A DNA stretch of 17,647 nucleotides from a candidate division WOR-3 bacterium (GCA_965648935.1 CBFGIY010000052.1:1-17647), one strand, 5' to 3'; positions 8,828 through 17,647 are shown, counted from the first letter of the stretch. Translations and numbers: made by a program. Notes: generated by a model from the letters alone, not told the origin.

Positions 8828-9934
8828 ATGAAACGTGTTTTCGGTGCGGTCCTGCTGCTGCTTGCGGCCTGCGGCAGCGGGCCCGTGGCCTGGCAGAGAA
8901 GCATCGCGACCGACGCGGACGAGGTCGCGGCCGGACTTGATGCGGATTCGCTGATGGTAGTGCTGGCCGGCACGGCCGGCAACGGCGGCCGGACAAACTG
9001 GCTGATCGCGCGGTTCGACCACGACGGCAACGAAGTGTGGCGGCGCAACTGGGGCGACGCCGGCGCCAACACCTGCGGCGGGGTCGCGCTCGGCGAGGGC
9101 GGGGTCTTCGCGGCGGGCACCGCGCGCGCCGGCGAGGAACCGGTCTGCGCCGTGGTCAAGTACACCTTTGAGGGAAACATCGCCTGGCAGAAGGGCATCG
9201 CCCTGGGCGAGCAGTCGTGGGGCAACGATGTCTGCGCCCTGCCCGACGGCGGCTGCGTCGTTACCGGCGCGGCGGCGGAGAGGGACAACCGCGACCTGAT
9301 GGTCGCCCGTCTCGAACCCGACGGCCGCATCGCCTGGGTGCGCAACTACGACTTCGCCTGCGGCGATGCCGGCCACGCAATCGCGGCCGGGCCTGAGGGC
9401 AGGTTCGCCGTGGCCGCGGCCGCGGGAAGCCCGGAGAATCCCGACATCGGCATTCTGTGTTTCGGCCCGAACGGCGATACGCTGTGGACCCGCATCTACG
9501 ATTCCGGCTCGCCGGACATGCCGGGCGGCGTCACATTCGATGTGTTCGGCAACATTGTTGTGACCGGGACGGTGCGCACGACCGACTCGGTACGCTGCGT
9601 GATGCTCGAATACGACCCGGCGGGCGGGGTTATCCGCAAGGCCGCTTACGGCGCGCAGGCGCAGGCCGAGGGCCGGGCCATCGCCGCGAGCCCGGAAGGG
9701 GACCTGTTTGTCGCCGGGGTCGAGGGCAAGGACGCGCTCGCCCGGCTGTTCGCCTACCAGTACGTGCCCAACGCGACGTCGATATGGCAGCGCACGCTCA
9801 AGACCGACAGGCCGGCAGGTGCGGCCGGCATCGCCGCGCCCGGCGACGTGTTTGTCTGCGGCACGGTGCAGGGCAAGGCCGGCGACATCGTTCTCGTCCG
9901 GTTCACCCGGCCGGTGAGGAAGGCGGCCCGGTGA
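8828..9934 (+). CDS. Beta-propeller repeat lipoprotein (SBBP-like), 368 aa
   Basis: GAAAGGA SD. MKRVFGAVLLLLAAC is a lipobox. About 7 repeats of roughly 50 aa (W.R.Y......D.G.AIA...G...V.G...D..........G...W), e.g. GPNGDTLWTRIYDSGSPD. Confidence 0.85.
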   Translation: MKRVFGAVLLLLAACGSGPVAWQRSIATDADEVAAGLDADSLMVVLAGTAGNGGRTNWLIARFDHDGNEVWRRNWGDAGANTCGGVALGEGGVFAAGTARAGEEPVCAVVKYTFEGNIAWQKGIALGEQSWGNDVCALPDGGCVVTGAAAERDNRDLMVARLEPDGRIAWVRNYDFACGDAGHAIAAGPEGRFAVAAAAGSPENPDIGILCFGPNGDTLWTRIYDSGSPDMPGGVTFDVFGNIVVTGTVRTTDSVRCVMLEYDPAGGVIRKAAYGAQAQAEGRAIAASPEGDLFVAGVEGKDALARLFAYQYVPNATSIWQRTLKTDRPAGAAGIAAPGDVFVCGTVQGKAGDIVLVRFTRPVRKAAR

Positions 9935-10449
9935 TTGCCCCGGCAGTCGGCAAGTCGCCGGTAATCGGGCCGGGCGTGTATGTCGCGCCCAACGCGGTAG
10001 TTGTCGGAGAGGTTTCAATCGGCGCGCGCTCGAGCATCTGGTTCAATACGGTGTTGCGCGGGGATATGGCTCCGATTACGGTCGGCGAGGAGACGAGCGT
10101 TCAGGACCTGACGATGGTTCACATCGACTACGGCACGCCGACGGTCATCGGCAACCGCGTCGTGGTCGGTCACCGGGCCATCATCCACGGCGCGTCAGTC
10201 GGCGACGAGTGCATCATCGGGATGGGCGCGATTCTGCTCAACCGGTCGCGGGTCGGACGCAACTGCATCGTCGCGGCGGGCGCGGTCCTGCGCGAAGGGT
10301 TCGAGGTGCCTGACGGGATGCTTGTCGCGGGGATACCGGCCGTCATCAAGCGACCGATCAAGCCCGAGGAGATGGAGCGCATCCGCCGCAATGCCGCCGA
10401 CTATGTGAAGCGCTGCGAAGTTTACCTGCGCACCCGGCCGGGCGAGTAG
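9931..10449 (+). CDS. Gamma carbonic anhydrase family (YrdA/CaiE/PaaY-like) hexapeptide-repeat protein, 172 aa
   Basis: GTG start overlapping the upstream TGA (GTGA), with GAGGA upstream. Motifs IWFNTVLRGD, VQDLTMVH, VGHRAIIHG (three Zn-ligand His), IGMGA, AGIPA. Confidence 0.92.
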   Translation: MIAPAVGKSPVIGPGVYVAPNAVVVGEVSIGARSSIWFNTVLRGDMAPITVGEETSVQDLTMVHIDYGTPTVIGNRVVVGHRAIIHGASVGDECIIGMGAILLNRSRVGRNCIVAAGAVLREGFEVPDGMLVAGIPAVIKRPIKPEEMERIRRNAADYVKRCEVYLRTRPGE

Positions 10450-10533
10450 TATCGCGCTTCGGCATCGCGCCGGAGACGTCTGTTCCCTTGACCGCCCCGG
10501 CGCGGAATCATAGCCCCCATATTCTCTATCAGC

Positions 10534-10561
10534 TTGACATAGCGTAGTTTCAGCTTATCAT
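10534..10561 (+). promoter_or_regulatory. sigma70-type promoter of the aminotransferase-lysC operon
   Basis: TTGACA-N16-TATCAT in an AT-rich patch; ATG follows 6 nt after the -10; no SD. Confidence 0.7.
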
Positions 10562-10567
10562 TGTCCG

Positions 10568-11737
10568 ATGTCTTCACCTTTTGCCGCCCGCCTGTCGCGC
10601 CTGCCGCCGTATTTGTTCCGCGAGCTGGATGAGTTGAAGGCGCGGGCCGGGGCCGGGGTGATTGATCTGGGCGAGGGGAATCCCGACCTGCCGGTTCCCG
10701 CGCCGATTCTGGCCGCTTTCGGCCGGGCCCTGAAACGGCTCGAGAATCACCGCTACCCGACCTATGCGGGCAAGCTTTCGGCCCGGGCCGCGGTGGCGGC
10801 GTGGTACCGGCGCCGGTTCAATGTCGTGCTCGACCCGGAGTCTGAGGTTTCGATGCTGGTCGGCTCGAAGGAGGGCGTAGGGCACCTGCTGTGGGGCACC
10901 TGCGGGCCGGGCGATGTCGTGGCCGTGGGCGACCCGGCTTACCCGGTTTATCCGAACCAGGCCCGGTTGTGCGGGGCGACGCCGGTGAGCGTGCCGCTTC
11001 TGGAGTCCAACCGATTCCTGCCGGACCTCGATGCGGTGAGCCGGCTGGGGAGCCGCATCAAGCTCCTGTGCCTGAACTTTCCGGGCAACCCGACGGCCGC
11101 GGTGGCGGACCGGGAGTTTTACCGCGAGGTGGTGCGGCTGGCGCGGCGGTTCGGGTTTTTCGTGGTGAACGACAATGTGTATTCGGAGCTGTATTTCGGG
11201 GACGAGCCGCCGCCGAGCATCCTCGAGGTCGATGGCGCGAAGGAGCATTGCCTGGAGTTTCATTCGCTGTCCAAGACTTTCAGCATGGCCGGGTGGCGCA
11301 TCGGGATGGCCGTCGGCAATCCCCGGCTTGTCCAGGCTCTGCTGAAGATAAAGCAGAACACGGATTCCGGGCCGTTCGGCGCCGTGCAGGATGCGGCGGC
11401 TTTCGCGCTGAAGTCGGGCGCGCGGCTGGCCGCAGCGACCCGGCGGGTTTACCGAGAGCGGCGCGACAGGTTCTGCGGCGCGCTGGAGCGGGCCGGCTGG
11501 GCGGTGCCCCGGCCCGAGGCGACTTTCTATGTGTGGGCGCGGGTGCCCGAACGGTTCGCCGGCGCTAAGTCGCCTTCGGCCGAGTGTGCGCGCGCGCTGC
11601 TCGCGGGCGCGCGGGTGATGGCCGCGCCGGGCGCGGGGTTCGGCGCGTACGGCGAGGGTTACGTGCGGTTCGCGCTGGTGGCGCCGGCGGCGCGGCTGGA
11701 GCAGGCGGCGCGGCGCATCGGGAAATGGCTCTCGTAG
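10568..11737 (+). CDS. dapL: PLP-dependent class I/II aminotransferase, probably LL-diaminopimelate aminotransferase (DapL/AlaC-like subfamily)
   Basis: [60 protein letters not shown] (PLP Lys), GEGYVRFAL. Directly upstream of aspartokinase. Substrate assignment is inferred from context. Confidence 0.75.
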   Translation: MSSPFAARLSRLPPYLFRELDELKARAGAGVIDLGEGNPDLPVPAPILAAFGRALKRLENHRYPTYAGKLSARAAVAAWYRRRFNVVLDPESEVSMLVGSKEGVGHLLWGTCGPGDVVAVGDPAYPVYPNQARLCGATPVSVPLLESNRFLPDLDAVSRLGSRIKLLCLNFPGNPTAAVADREFYREVVRLARRFGFFVVNDNVYSELYFGDEPPPSILEVDGAKEHCLEFHSLSKTFSMAGWRIGMAVGNPRLVQALLKIKQNTDSGPFGAVQDAAAFALKSGARLAAATRRVYRERRDRFCGALERAGWAVPRPEATFYVWARVPERFAGAKSPSAECARALLAGARVMAAPGAGFGAYGEGYVRFALVAPAARLEQAARRIGKWLS

Positions 11738-12939
11738 TCCAGAAGTACGGCGGCTCGTCGGTCGCTGATGTCGGGCGCATCCGGCTCGTGGCCCGGCGAA
11801 TCGTGGCGGCGCGGCGGGCCGGGGACCGGGTCGTGGCCGTGGTTTCGGCGATGGGCTCGACCACGGACCGGCTGACCGCGCTGGCGCGGCAGATAACGCC
11901 AGAGCCGCACCGCCGCGAGCTTGACATGCTTCTGACCGCGGGCGAGCGGCAGGCGATGGCGCTGCTGTCGCTGGCGATCATGGCCGAGGGGTTCGAGGCG
12001 ATTTCGTTCACCGGGTCGCAGGTCGGCATCGTGACCGACGGGTTTCATTCCGACGCGCGCATTCAGGAGATTCGCGGCGACCGGCTGCGCGCCGCGCTGC
12101 GCGGAGGCAGGATTCCGATCGTCGCCGGGTTCCAGGGCGTCAGCCCGGCGCGCGAGATCACGACGCTGGGGCGCGGCGGGTCGGATGTGACCGCGGTGGC
12201 GGTCGCGGCGGTGCTGGGCGCGGCGCGCTGCGAGCTTTACAAGGATGTCGATGGCGTGAGCGCCGAGAATCCGGCCGAGTTTCCCGGGGCGCGGCCGGTG
12301 CCGCGTATCAGTTTCGACGAGCTGGCCGAGCTGGCCGGGTCGGGGTCGGAGGTCATTCACCCGCGCGCCTGCGCGCTCGCCGCGAAGTACCGCGTGCCGC
12401 TTGTCATCCGCCCGGCTTTCTCCAAAGGGAGGGGAACCACAGTGACCGCTATGGAACGCATCGAGAAGGCTTTTGTCCGCGCGCTGACCCACCGCCACTC
12501 GGTCTGCCGCATCACGCTGGTAAATGTGCCGAAGAAGAAACGCTGCCTGCACCAGGTCGTGACCCGGCTGGCCGAGGCGCGGGTGCCGGTGCTTCTGTTC
12601 AACCACGGGGTGACGCACGGCGCGCGCTTCGACCTGTCGTATGTCGTGGCCGGGGAGCACGCCGCGGCGGCGCGCGCCGCGCTGGAGCCGCTGGCGCGCC
12701 GCGCCGGGGCCGAGCGCGTCGAGGTGAAGGACACGCTGGCGTCGGTGTCGGTGGTCGGGCCGGGCGTCGGGTCGGACCCGGAGGTGGCGGCGGGGATGCT
12801 GGAGGCGCTGCACGGCGCCGGGGTGCATCTTGACGGGTTTTCCGCGTCCGAGACGCGCATCACCGCGTTCATTGAGTCGGCTGACCGCCGGGCCGCGACC
12901 GCGGCGCTGCTGGCCCGGTTCCGGCTGAGGAGGCGATGA
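11725..12939 (+). CDS. lysC: Aspartate kinase (monofunctional, two ACT domains), 404 aa
   Basis: Start [13 protein letters not shown] at 11725; [30 protein letters not shown]; two C-terminal ACT-like domains. Confidence 0.95.
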   Translation: MALVVQKYGGSSVADVGRIRLVARRIVAARRAGDRVVAVVSAMGSTTDRLTALARQITPEPHRRELDMLLTAGERQAMALLSLAIMAEGFEAISFTGSQVGIVTDGFHSDARIQEIRGDRLRAALRGGRIPIVAGFQGVSPAREITTLGRGGSDVTAVAVAAVLGAARCELYKDVDGVSAENPAEFPGARPVPRISFDELAELAGSGSEVIHPRACALAAKYRVPLVIRPAFSKGRGTTVTAMERIEKAFVRALTHRHSVCRITLVNVPKKKRCLHQVVTRLAEARVPVLLFNHGVTHGARFDLSYVVAGEHAAAARAALEPLARRAGAERVEVKDTLASVSVVGPGVGSDPEVAAGMLEALHGAGVHLDGFSASETRITAFIESADRRAATAALLARFRLRRR

Positions 12940-13616
12940 GCGCTCATCCGCCCGAAGCCGCGCCGGCCGCGCCCGCGCCGTCCCTGCCGAGCGTGGTCGA
13001 GGCGATTCTTTTCGCCGCGGACGAGCCGGTGCCGGTCACCAAACTGGCCGAGATCGCCGGGGTGTCGCCGGACGAGGCGCGGGCCGCGACCGAACGGCTG
13101 AACGAGGAGTACGAGGCGGGCGGGCGCAGTTTCCGCGTGCACCGGGTGGCGCAGGGGTTCCAGCTCTACACGCGGCCGGAGTACGCCGAGTGGGTGCGGC
13201 GGCTTTACTCTCATTCCGCCACGACGCGGCTGTCGCGCGCCGCGACCGAGGTGCTGGCGATAATCGCCTACAACCAGCCGGTGACCCGGCCGGACATCGA
13301 GAAACTGCGCAATGTCGACTGTCAGGGGCCGCTGCTGACCCTGCTCGAGCGCCGGCTGATTGCGACTGCGGGCCGGGCCCACCGGCCGGGCAACCCGTTT
13401 CTGTACCGCACGACGCGCGAGTTTCTGCGCTATTTCGGGCTGGAGAAGCTCGAGGACCTGCCGCGGCTGGAGGAGCTGGGCGAGTTTCTGGCCGCGCGCC
13501 AGCCGGTCGAGGCGCGGCAAGGCCGGGTTTTTGACAGCCTCGCGGTGGACCTGAGGCAGCCGTCGGACGGGTCGGGCCAGTCTGATGGGACTGACGGGTC
13601 GGACAGCCCGGCTTGA
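12936..13616 (+). CDS. scpB: SMC-Scp complex subunit ScpB
   Basis: [76 protein letters not shown] and ATGA overlap with lysC. Confidence 0.95.
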   Translation: MSAHPPEAAPAAPAPSLPSVVEAILFAADEPVPVTKLAEIAGVSPDEARAATERLNEEYEAGGRSFRVHRVAQGFQLYTRPEYAEWVRRLYSHSATTRLSRAATEVLAIIAYNQPVTRPDIEKLRNVDCQGPLLTLLERRLIATAGRAHRPGNPFLYRTTREFLRYFGLEKLEDLPRLEELGEFLAARQPVEARQGRVFDSLAVDLRQPSDGSGQSDGTDGSDSPA

Positions 13617-14131
13617 GCGAGCCCCGGCCCTGCCTGCTTCTGTTCGGTCTGCTCGGGCCGGATGAGGATACGCTTGCGCGTGCCGAGGACGCGCTTCTGG
13701 CCGAGTTCGGGCCGGTGAGCGCGCGCAGCGCGACGATTCCTTTTGATTTCACGGATTACTACTCTGCGGAGATGGGGCCGGGCCTGGTGCGGCGCTGGAC
13801 CGCGCACGGGCCGGCCGACCCGGCCGGGCTGGCCGGGCTGAAGCGCCGCGCGGGCCGGGTCGAGGACCGGTTCCGCAGCGCGGGGCGGCGCGCGGTGAAC
13901 CTCGACCCCGGGCTTCTGTCGCCGCACAATGTCGTGCTGGCCTCGACCAAGGATTTCGCGCACCGGATATATATTTCCGACGGCATATTCGCGGAAGTGG
14001 CGCTGGTGTTTCGCGACGGTCGCTGGGCGCCGCTCGAGTGGACCTACCCGGACTGGCGGTGCGCGGCCTGCCTCGATTTCCTTTCGGCCTGCCGGCGGCG
14101 CCTGTTGACGGCGCGGCCCGGCGCGGGTTAG
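13613..14131 (+). CDS. DUF4416-family protein
   Basis: FDFTDYYSAEMG, RAVNLDPGLL, VVLASTKDFAHRIYISDGIFAEV, WTYPDW match the DUF4416 pattern as I recall it. TTG start overlaps the scpB stop (TTGA). Confidence 0.85.
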   Translation: MSEPRPCLLLFGLLGPDEDTLARAEDALLAEFGPVSARSATIPFDFTDYYSAEMGPGLVRRWTAHGPADPAGLAGLKRRAGRVEDRFRSAGRRAVNLDPGLLSPHNVVLASTKDFAHRIYISDGIFAEVALVFRDGRWAPLEWTYPDWRCAACLDFLSACRRRLLTARPGAG

Positions 14132-14143
14132 TCTTTCGGGCCG

Positions 14144-14770
14144 ATGATGAAGGACCTGCGCAACTGGTTCGTCGCCGGGCTGGCCGCGCTGATGCCCATC
14201 TCGCTGACCGCGCTCGTGGCGTGGTTCATCGTCGCGCGGCTGGGCAGTCTGGTCCGGCCCCTGCTCCTGCTCCATCCCTGGACCGCGCGCCTGCCCGGCT
14301 GGGTCGCGACGCTGGCCGGTTTTATTGCGCTGATCGCGGTCACTACCGCGATCGGCGCGCTGGCCTCGGGCCTGGCCGGCCGGTTCGCGCTGGGCTGGCT
14401 CGACCGGGCGATGGCGCGGGTGCCGGTGGTCAAAGGGGTGTACTCCGCGGCGCGCCAGCTCACCGACGCGGTTTTCGTCAAGCGCAGCGCCCTGCGCCGC
14501 ACCGTGATCGCCGAGTACCCGCGCGCCGGGCTTTTCGCCATCGGATTCGTCACCTCGGACGAGCGCGTCGCGCTGGCCGACGGCCGGCCCGCGCTGTTCG
14601 TCTTCTTCCCGACGACGCCCAACCCGACCTCGGGCTGGCTCGCGCTCATTCCCGAGTCGGACCTCGTCCCGACCGCGATGTCGATCGAGGCCGGGCTGCG
14701 AATGGTGGTTTCGGGCGGGGTCGTCCGGCCCCAGGACCTCTCGGAGCTGTCGCTTAAGCGCCGGGGCTAG
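14144..14770 (+). CDS. DUF502-family (COV1-like) membrane protein
   Basis: Two hydrophobic N-terminal segments; RVPVVKGVYSAARQL, EYPRAG, IGFVT, VFFPTTPNPTSGWL, MSIEAGLRMVVSGG. Confidence 0.92.
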   Translation: MMKDLRNWFVAGLAALMPISLTALVAWFIVARLGSLVRPLLLLHPWTARLPGWVATLAGFIALIAVTTAIGALASGLAGRFALGWLDRAMARVPVVKGVYSAARQLTDAVFVKRSALRRTVIAEYPRAGLFAIGFVTSDERVALADGRPALFVFFPTTPNPTSGWLALIPESDLVPTAMSIEAGLRMVVSGGVVRPQDLSELSLKRRG

Positions 14771-17343
14771 CCGGAGCGGCCGGTCCTGCGGGGCTTTGCC
14801 GCCCCGCGCGCGCGTTTCTTCCCGCCGCCGTTTTCGCCCGCGTCGCGGCCGCGCTGGAGCCGGGCCAGCTCGCGCAGGCGCCGCTCGACCCGGCCGTAGA
14901 CCGTGCCGGGCGGGAAACCGCCGCGCGCGTCGGGCGCGCCCGCGGGCACGCCGGTGAGTATCTCGATGCCCTGTTCGATGGTGTCCACCGCCCAGACGTG
15001 GAACCGGCCCGCGGCGATATCGTCGACGACCTCAGGCCGCAGCATCAGGTCCATCACATTGGCGCGGGGTATCAGCACGCCCTGCCGGCCGGTCAGGCCG
15101 CGCGCCTTGCAGACGCGGTGGAAACCCTCGATTTTCCAGGTCACGCCGCCGATCGGCTGGACCTCGCCGTTCTGGTTGACCGAGCCGGTGACCGCGATGT
15201 CCTGGCGCACGGGCAGGCCGGACAGGTCGGAGAGCAGCGCGTAGACCTCGGTCGAGCTCGCGCTGTCGCCGTCGATGCCGCCGTAGGACTGCTCGAAGCA
15301 GATCGAGGCCGAGAGCACCAGCGGCGCGCGCCGCGCGAACCGGCCGCGCAGGAAACCGGCGATGATGTAGACGCCCTTGTCGTGCACCGGGCCGGAGAGC
15401 TGGGCCTCGCGCTCGATGTTGATGATGCCGGCCGAGCCGACCCCGGTCTTGGCGGTGATGCGCGCCGGCTTGCCGAAGGCGTGCTCGCCGGTCTCGTACA
15501 CGGCCAGCCCGTTGACCTGGCCGACTTTCGCCCCGTCGGTGTCGATGAAGATGACGCCGTCGGCGATGGCCTCCTGCAGCTTGTCCTCGTAGAGCCGCAT
15601 CCGGTAGCGGCGCTTTTCAACGGCCTGGTTGACGTGCCCGGCCGTGACCCGGCGCGCGCCCGCCTGCCCGGCCCACCAGCTCGCCTCGGTCAGGAGCTCG
15701 CTGATGATGTTGAACCGGGTCGAGAGCTTGTTGCGCCGGCCGGCGAGCCGCACGCCGTACTCGATGACCGCGGCCACGCCCGACCGGTCAAAAGGCAGTA
15801 TCTCGTTTTCGTCGCAGAGCCGCTTGATGACCGAGGCGTACTCGCGGGTCGCGGCCGCGTCGAGGTCCATCACCCAGTCGAAGTCGGCGCGCACCTTGAA
15901 GACCCGCTTGAAGTCCTCGTCGCCCGCCGCGAGGATGGCGTAGACCTCGGGGTCGCCGATCATTATCACCTTGACCGCGAGGTCGACCGGTTCGGGCTTG
16001 AGCCCGGCCGCGCCGAACAGCATCGCCGCCGGGTCCCACGCGCCGATTTCCAGCTTGCGGTTGCGCAGCGTGCGTTTCAGCGCCGGCCACACGCCCGGCT
16101 CGACGAGCGCGTCGATCGCGTTGAGCACCAGAAACCCGCCGTCGGCGCGCAGCAGCGACCCGGCCTTGATGCGCGAGAAGTCGGCGCGCGCCGGGCCGGT
16201 GCGGTCGAAGGTGCGGTCGATCGAGCCGAACAGGTTGCGGAAGCTCGGCGAGGTCTCGAACACGACCGGCGCGCCGCTGGTCGAGGAGTTGTCGACCACG
16301 ACGTTCACGCGGAACTCGGAGTACGGGTCGGCCGCGGGTTCGCCCGGCCCGCGCTCGGGAGCGCGCGTCCGGAACAGGTCGATGCGCTCCAGCACCGCGG
16401 CCCTGACCTCGTCGAGGTAATCGGCCAGTCCGTCGGGCGCGGCCGGCTGACCCGGGCCGGGCTTCTTCGCGCGGCGGCCGCCCGGTTCCGGGCCGGCCGC
16501 CTGCCGCACCGCCTCGAGGACATCGCCCAGCCGTTCCTCCAGCACCGGCCGGATGACGCCCTCGTCGAGCGCGGCAAGGGCGTCGCGCGTCGCCCGCTCG
16601 AACTCGCGCATCTCCTTGAAAATCGCCGACAGCCGGTCGGAAAGCTCCTGGTACTTGGCGCGGATCTCCTCGGCGCGCTCCGGCGCGAGCCGGCCCTCAT
16701 CGACGAGCCCGGAGAGCGCCTCGACGCTGACCGGCTGCTTCTCGACGATCGGCGCGAGCTCGGGCCGGGCCGCAGGCGCGGACTGCACCAGGGCGAACCC
16801 CTCGGCCGCGAGCTGCTTCTCGAACTCACGCACCCGCGCGCCGCCCTGTTCCTTGAACCGGTCGATTATCTCCTGGCGGGCGCGCTGGTAGCCGTCGCTT
16901 TCGAACAGCAGCGGCACGTTCCGGGCCAGCCGGTCGACAAAATCGTCCATCGCCCGGCGCAGCTGCGCGGCCTGGCCCGCGGCCAGCCGCAACAGGCGCG
17001 GCGTGTCCGGGTCCTTGAAGTTGTTGACGTAGGCCTTGTCGCCGGGCCGGGCCGGACGCTGGGCGACCCGCTCGAGCAGGCGGCGCACGGTCGTGGTCCG
17101 GCCGGTGCCGACGCGGCCCGTGACGAAGATGTTGTAGCCGACGCTTTCAATCTCCAGCCCCATCTTCAGCGCATCGACCGCGCGCGGCTGGCCGACGATG
17201 TCCTGCGCCGGCGCGAGGTCGTCCAGCCCGGGCAGGGTCTCGGCCGGGCAGTGCCAGCAGAGCGATTCGGGCGGGACGCGGAAGCGGTCCGGGCTGGTCG
17301 CGCCGGGCCGGCGGGCCGGCGTTTTCGGGGCGGTCTTTTTCAA
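14767..17343 (-). CDS. Lon-family protease, LonC-like (AAA-like + S16 protease domain), about 858 aa
   Basis: AAGGAG SD then TTG at 17343. GYNIFVTGRVGTGRTT, IKAGSLLRADGGFLVL, GQVNGLAV, FEQSYGGIDGDSASS (catalytic Ser), QPIGGVTWKIEGF (catalytic Lys). Confidence 0.92.
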   Translation of the reverse strand: MKKTAPKTPARRPGATSPDRFRVPPESLCWHCPAETLPGLDDLAPAQDIVGQPRAVDALKMGLEIESVGYNIFVTGRVGTGRTTTVRRLLERVAQRPARPGDKAYVNNFKDPDTPRLLRLAAGQAAQLRRAMDDFVDRLARNVPLLFESDGYQRARQEIIDRFKEQGGARVREFEKQLAAEGFALVQSAPAARPELAPIVEKQPVSVEALSGLVDEGRLAPERAEEIRAKYQELSDRLSAIFKEMREFERATRDALAALDEGVIRPVLEERLGDVLEAVRQAAGPEPGGRRAKKPGPGQPAAPDGLADYLDEVRAAVLERIDLFRTRAPERGPGEPAADPYSEFRVNVVVDNSSTSGAPVVFETSPSFRNLFGSIDRTFDRTGPARADFSRIKAGSLLRADGGFLVLNAIDALVEPGVWPALKRTLRNRKLEIGAWDPAAMLFGAAGLKPEPVDLAVKVIMIGDPEVYAILAAGDEDFKRVFKVRADFDWVMDLDAAATREYASVIKRLCDENEILPFDRSGVAAVIEYGVRLAGRRNKLSTRFNIISELLTEASWWAGQAGARRVTAGHVNQAVEKRRYRMRLYEDKLQEAIADGVIFIDTDGAKVGQVNGLAVYETGEHAFGKPARITAKTGVGSAGIINIEREAQLSGPVHDKGVYIIAGFLRGRFARRAPLVLSASICFEQSYGGIDGDSASSTEVYALLSDLSGLPVRQDIAVTGSVNQNGEVQPIGGVTWKIEGFHRVCKARGLTGRQGVLIPRANVMDLMLRPEVVDDIAAGRFHVWAVDTIEQGIEILTGVPAGAPDARGGFPPGTVYGRVERRLRELARLQRGRDAGENGGGKKRARGAAKPRRTGRSG

Positions 17344-17368
17344 GTCAGTCTCCTTGGCGGCGGCCGGT

Positions 17369-17647
17369 TCAGGCCTGGTCTTTCGTCGCGACGCGCACCG
17401 CGGGCAGCGCGATGAAGGGCGCAAACAGCCCGTCGCGGTCCTGCTGCTCGTCGCCCAGCGCCGCGACCTCGCGCAGCATCTCGTAGACGTTGCCCGCGAT
17501 CATCGCGTCCTTCACCATACCGGTCAGCCGGCCGTTTTCAATCTTGTACCCGGCCGCGACATTGACCGCGATGTCGCCGGCCGCGACGTTGGACTGGCCG
17601 CCGCCGAGCAGGTTGTGCACGAGCAGGCCCTCCTTGATGCCGGCGAT
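17369..17647 (-). CDS. TldD/PmbA family protein (PmbA/TldE-like), C-terminal fragment; 5' end outside window
   Basis: IAGIKEGLLVHNLLGGGQSNVAAGDIAVNVAAGYKIENGRLTGMVKDAMIAGNVYEML...APFI matches the PmbA C-terminal pattern; the frame is open to the window edge. Confidence 0.85.
   Translation of the reverse strand: MAGIKEGLLVHNLLGGGQSNVAAGDIAVNVAAGYKIENGRLTGMVKDAMIAGNVYEMLREVAALGDEQQDRDGLFAPFIALPAVRVATKDQA

Noticed and set aside
9457..9930. Long N-terminal extensions of gamma-CA in the ORF track (likewise lysC 11584-11724, Lon 17344-17424, lipoprotein 8771-8827)
   Set aside because: They overlap upstream genes or promoters; better starts with SD, overlap coupling or family-typical N-termini exist.
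10450..10567. Lysine riboswitch or other ncRNA upstream of dapL-lysC
   Set aside because: The gap is only 118 nt, there is no L-box consensus, and the promoter abuts the ATG.
14998..17415. 805-aa plus-strand ORF
   Set aside because: Antisense shadow of the Lon-like protease.

Overview
High-GC, gene-dense bacterial window. The secreted-protein architecture resembles candidate phylum WOR-3/FCB relatives (inference). Left part (minus strand): two tandem secreted proteins on a shared scaffold of signal peptide, variable N-terminal domain, CARDB/Ig-like repeats and Kelch-type beta-propeller. The first (<2..3088) is missing from the supplied ORF track because it runs off the window; it carries a PHP-fold (CehA/McbA-like) metallohydrolase. 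The second carries a DNRLRE/CBM96-like domain and ends in a T9SS type-A-like sorting tail. Next come glmM-glmS (minus) and, divergently, a beta-propeller lipoprotein plus a gamma-carbonic-anhydrase-like gene. A tightly coupled operon follows: dapL-like aminotransferase, aspartokinase, scpB, DUF4416, DUF502. Converging on it are a LonC-like protease and the 3' end of a PmbA/TldE gene. No rRNA, tRNA, CRISPR or mobile element was seen. Most notable: the swappable-payload secreted scaffold; two sigma70-like promoters positioned to give leaderless mRNAs; a direct repeat over one of them; and an aspartokinase with an internal SD/start and degenerate ACT effector motifs.
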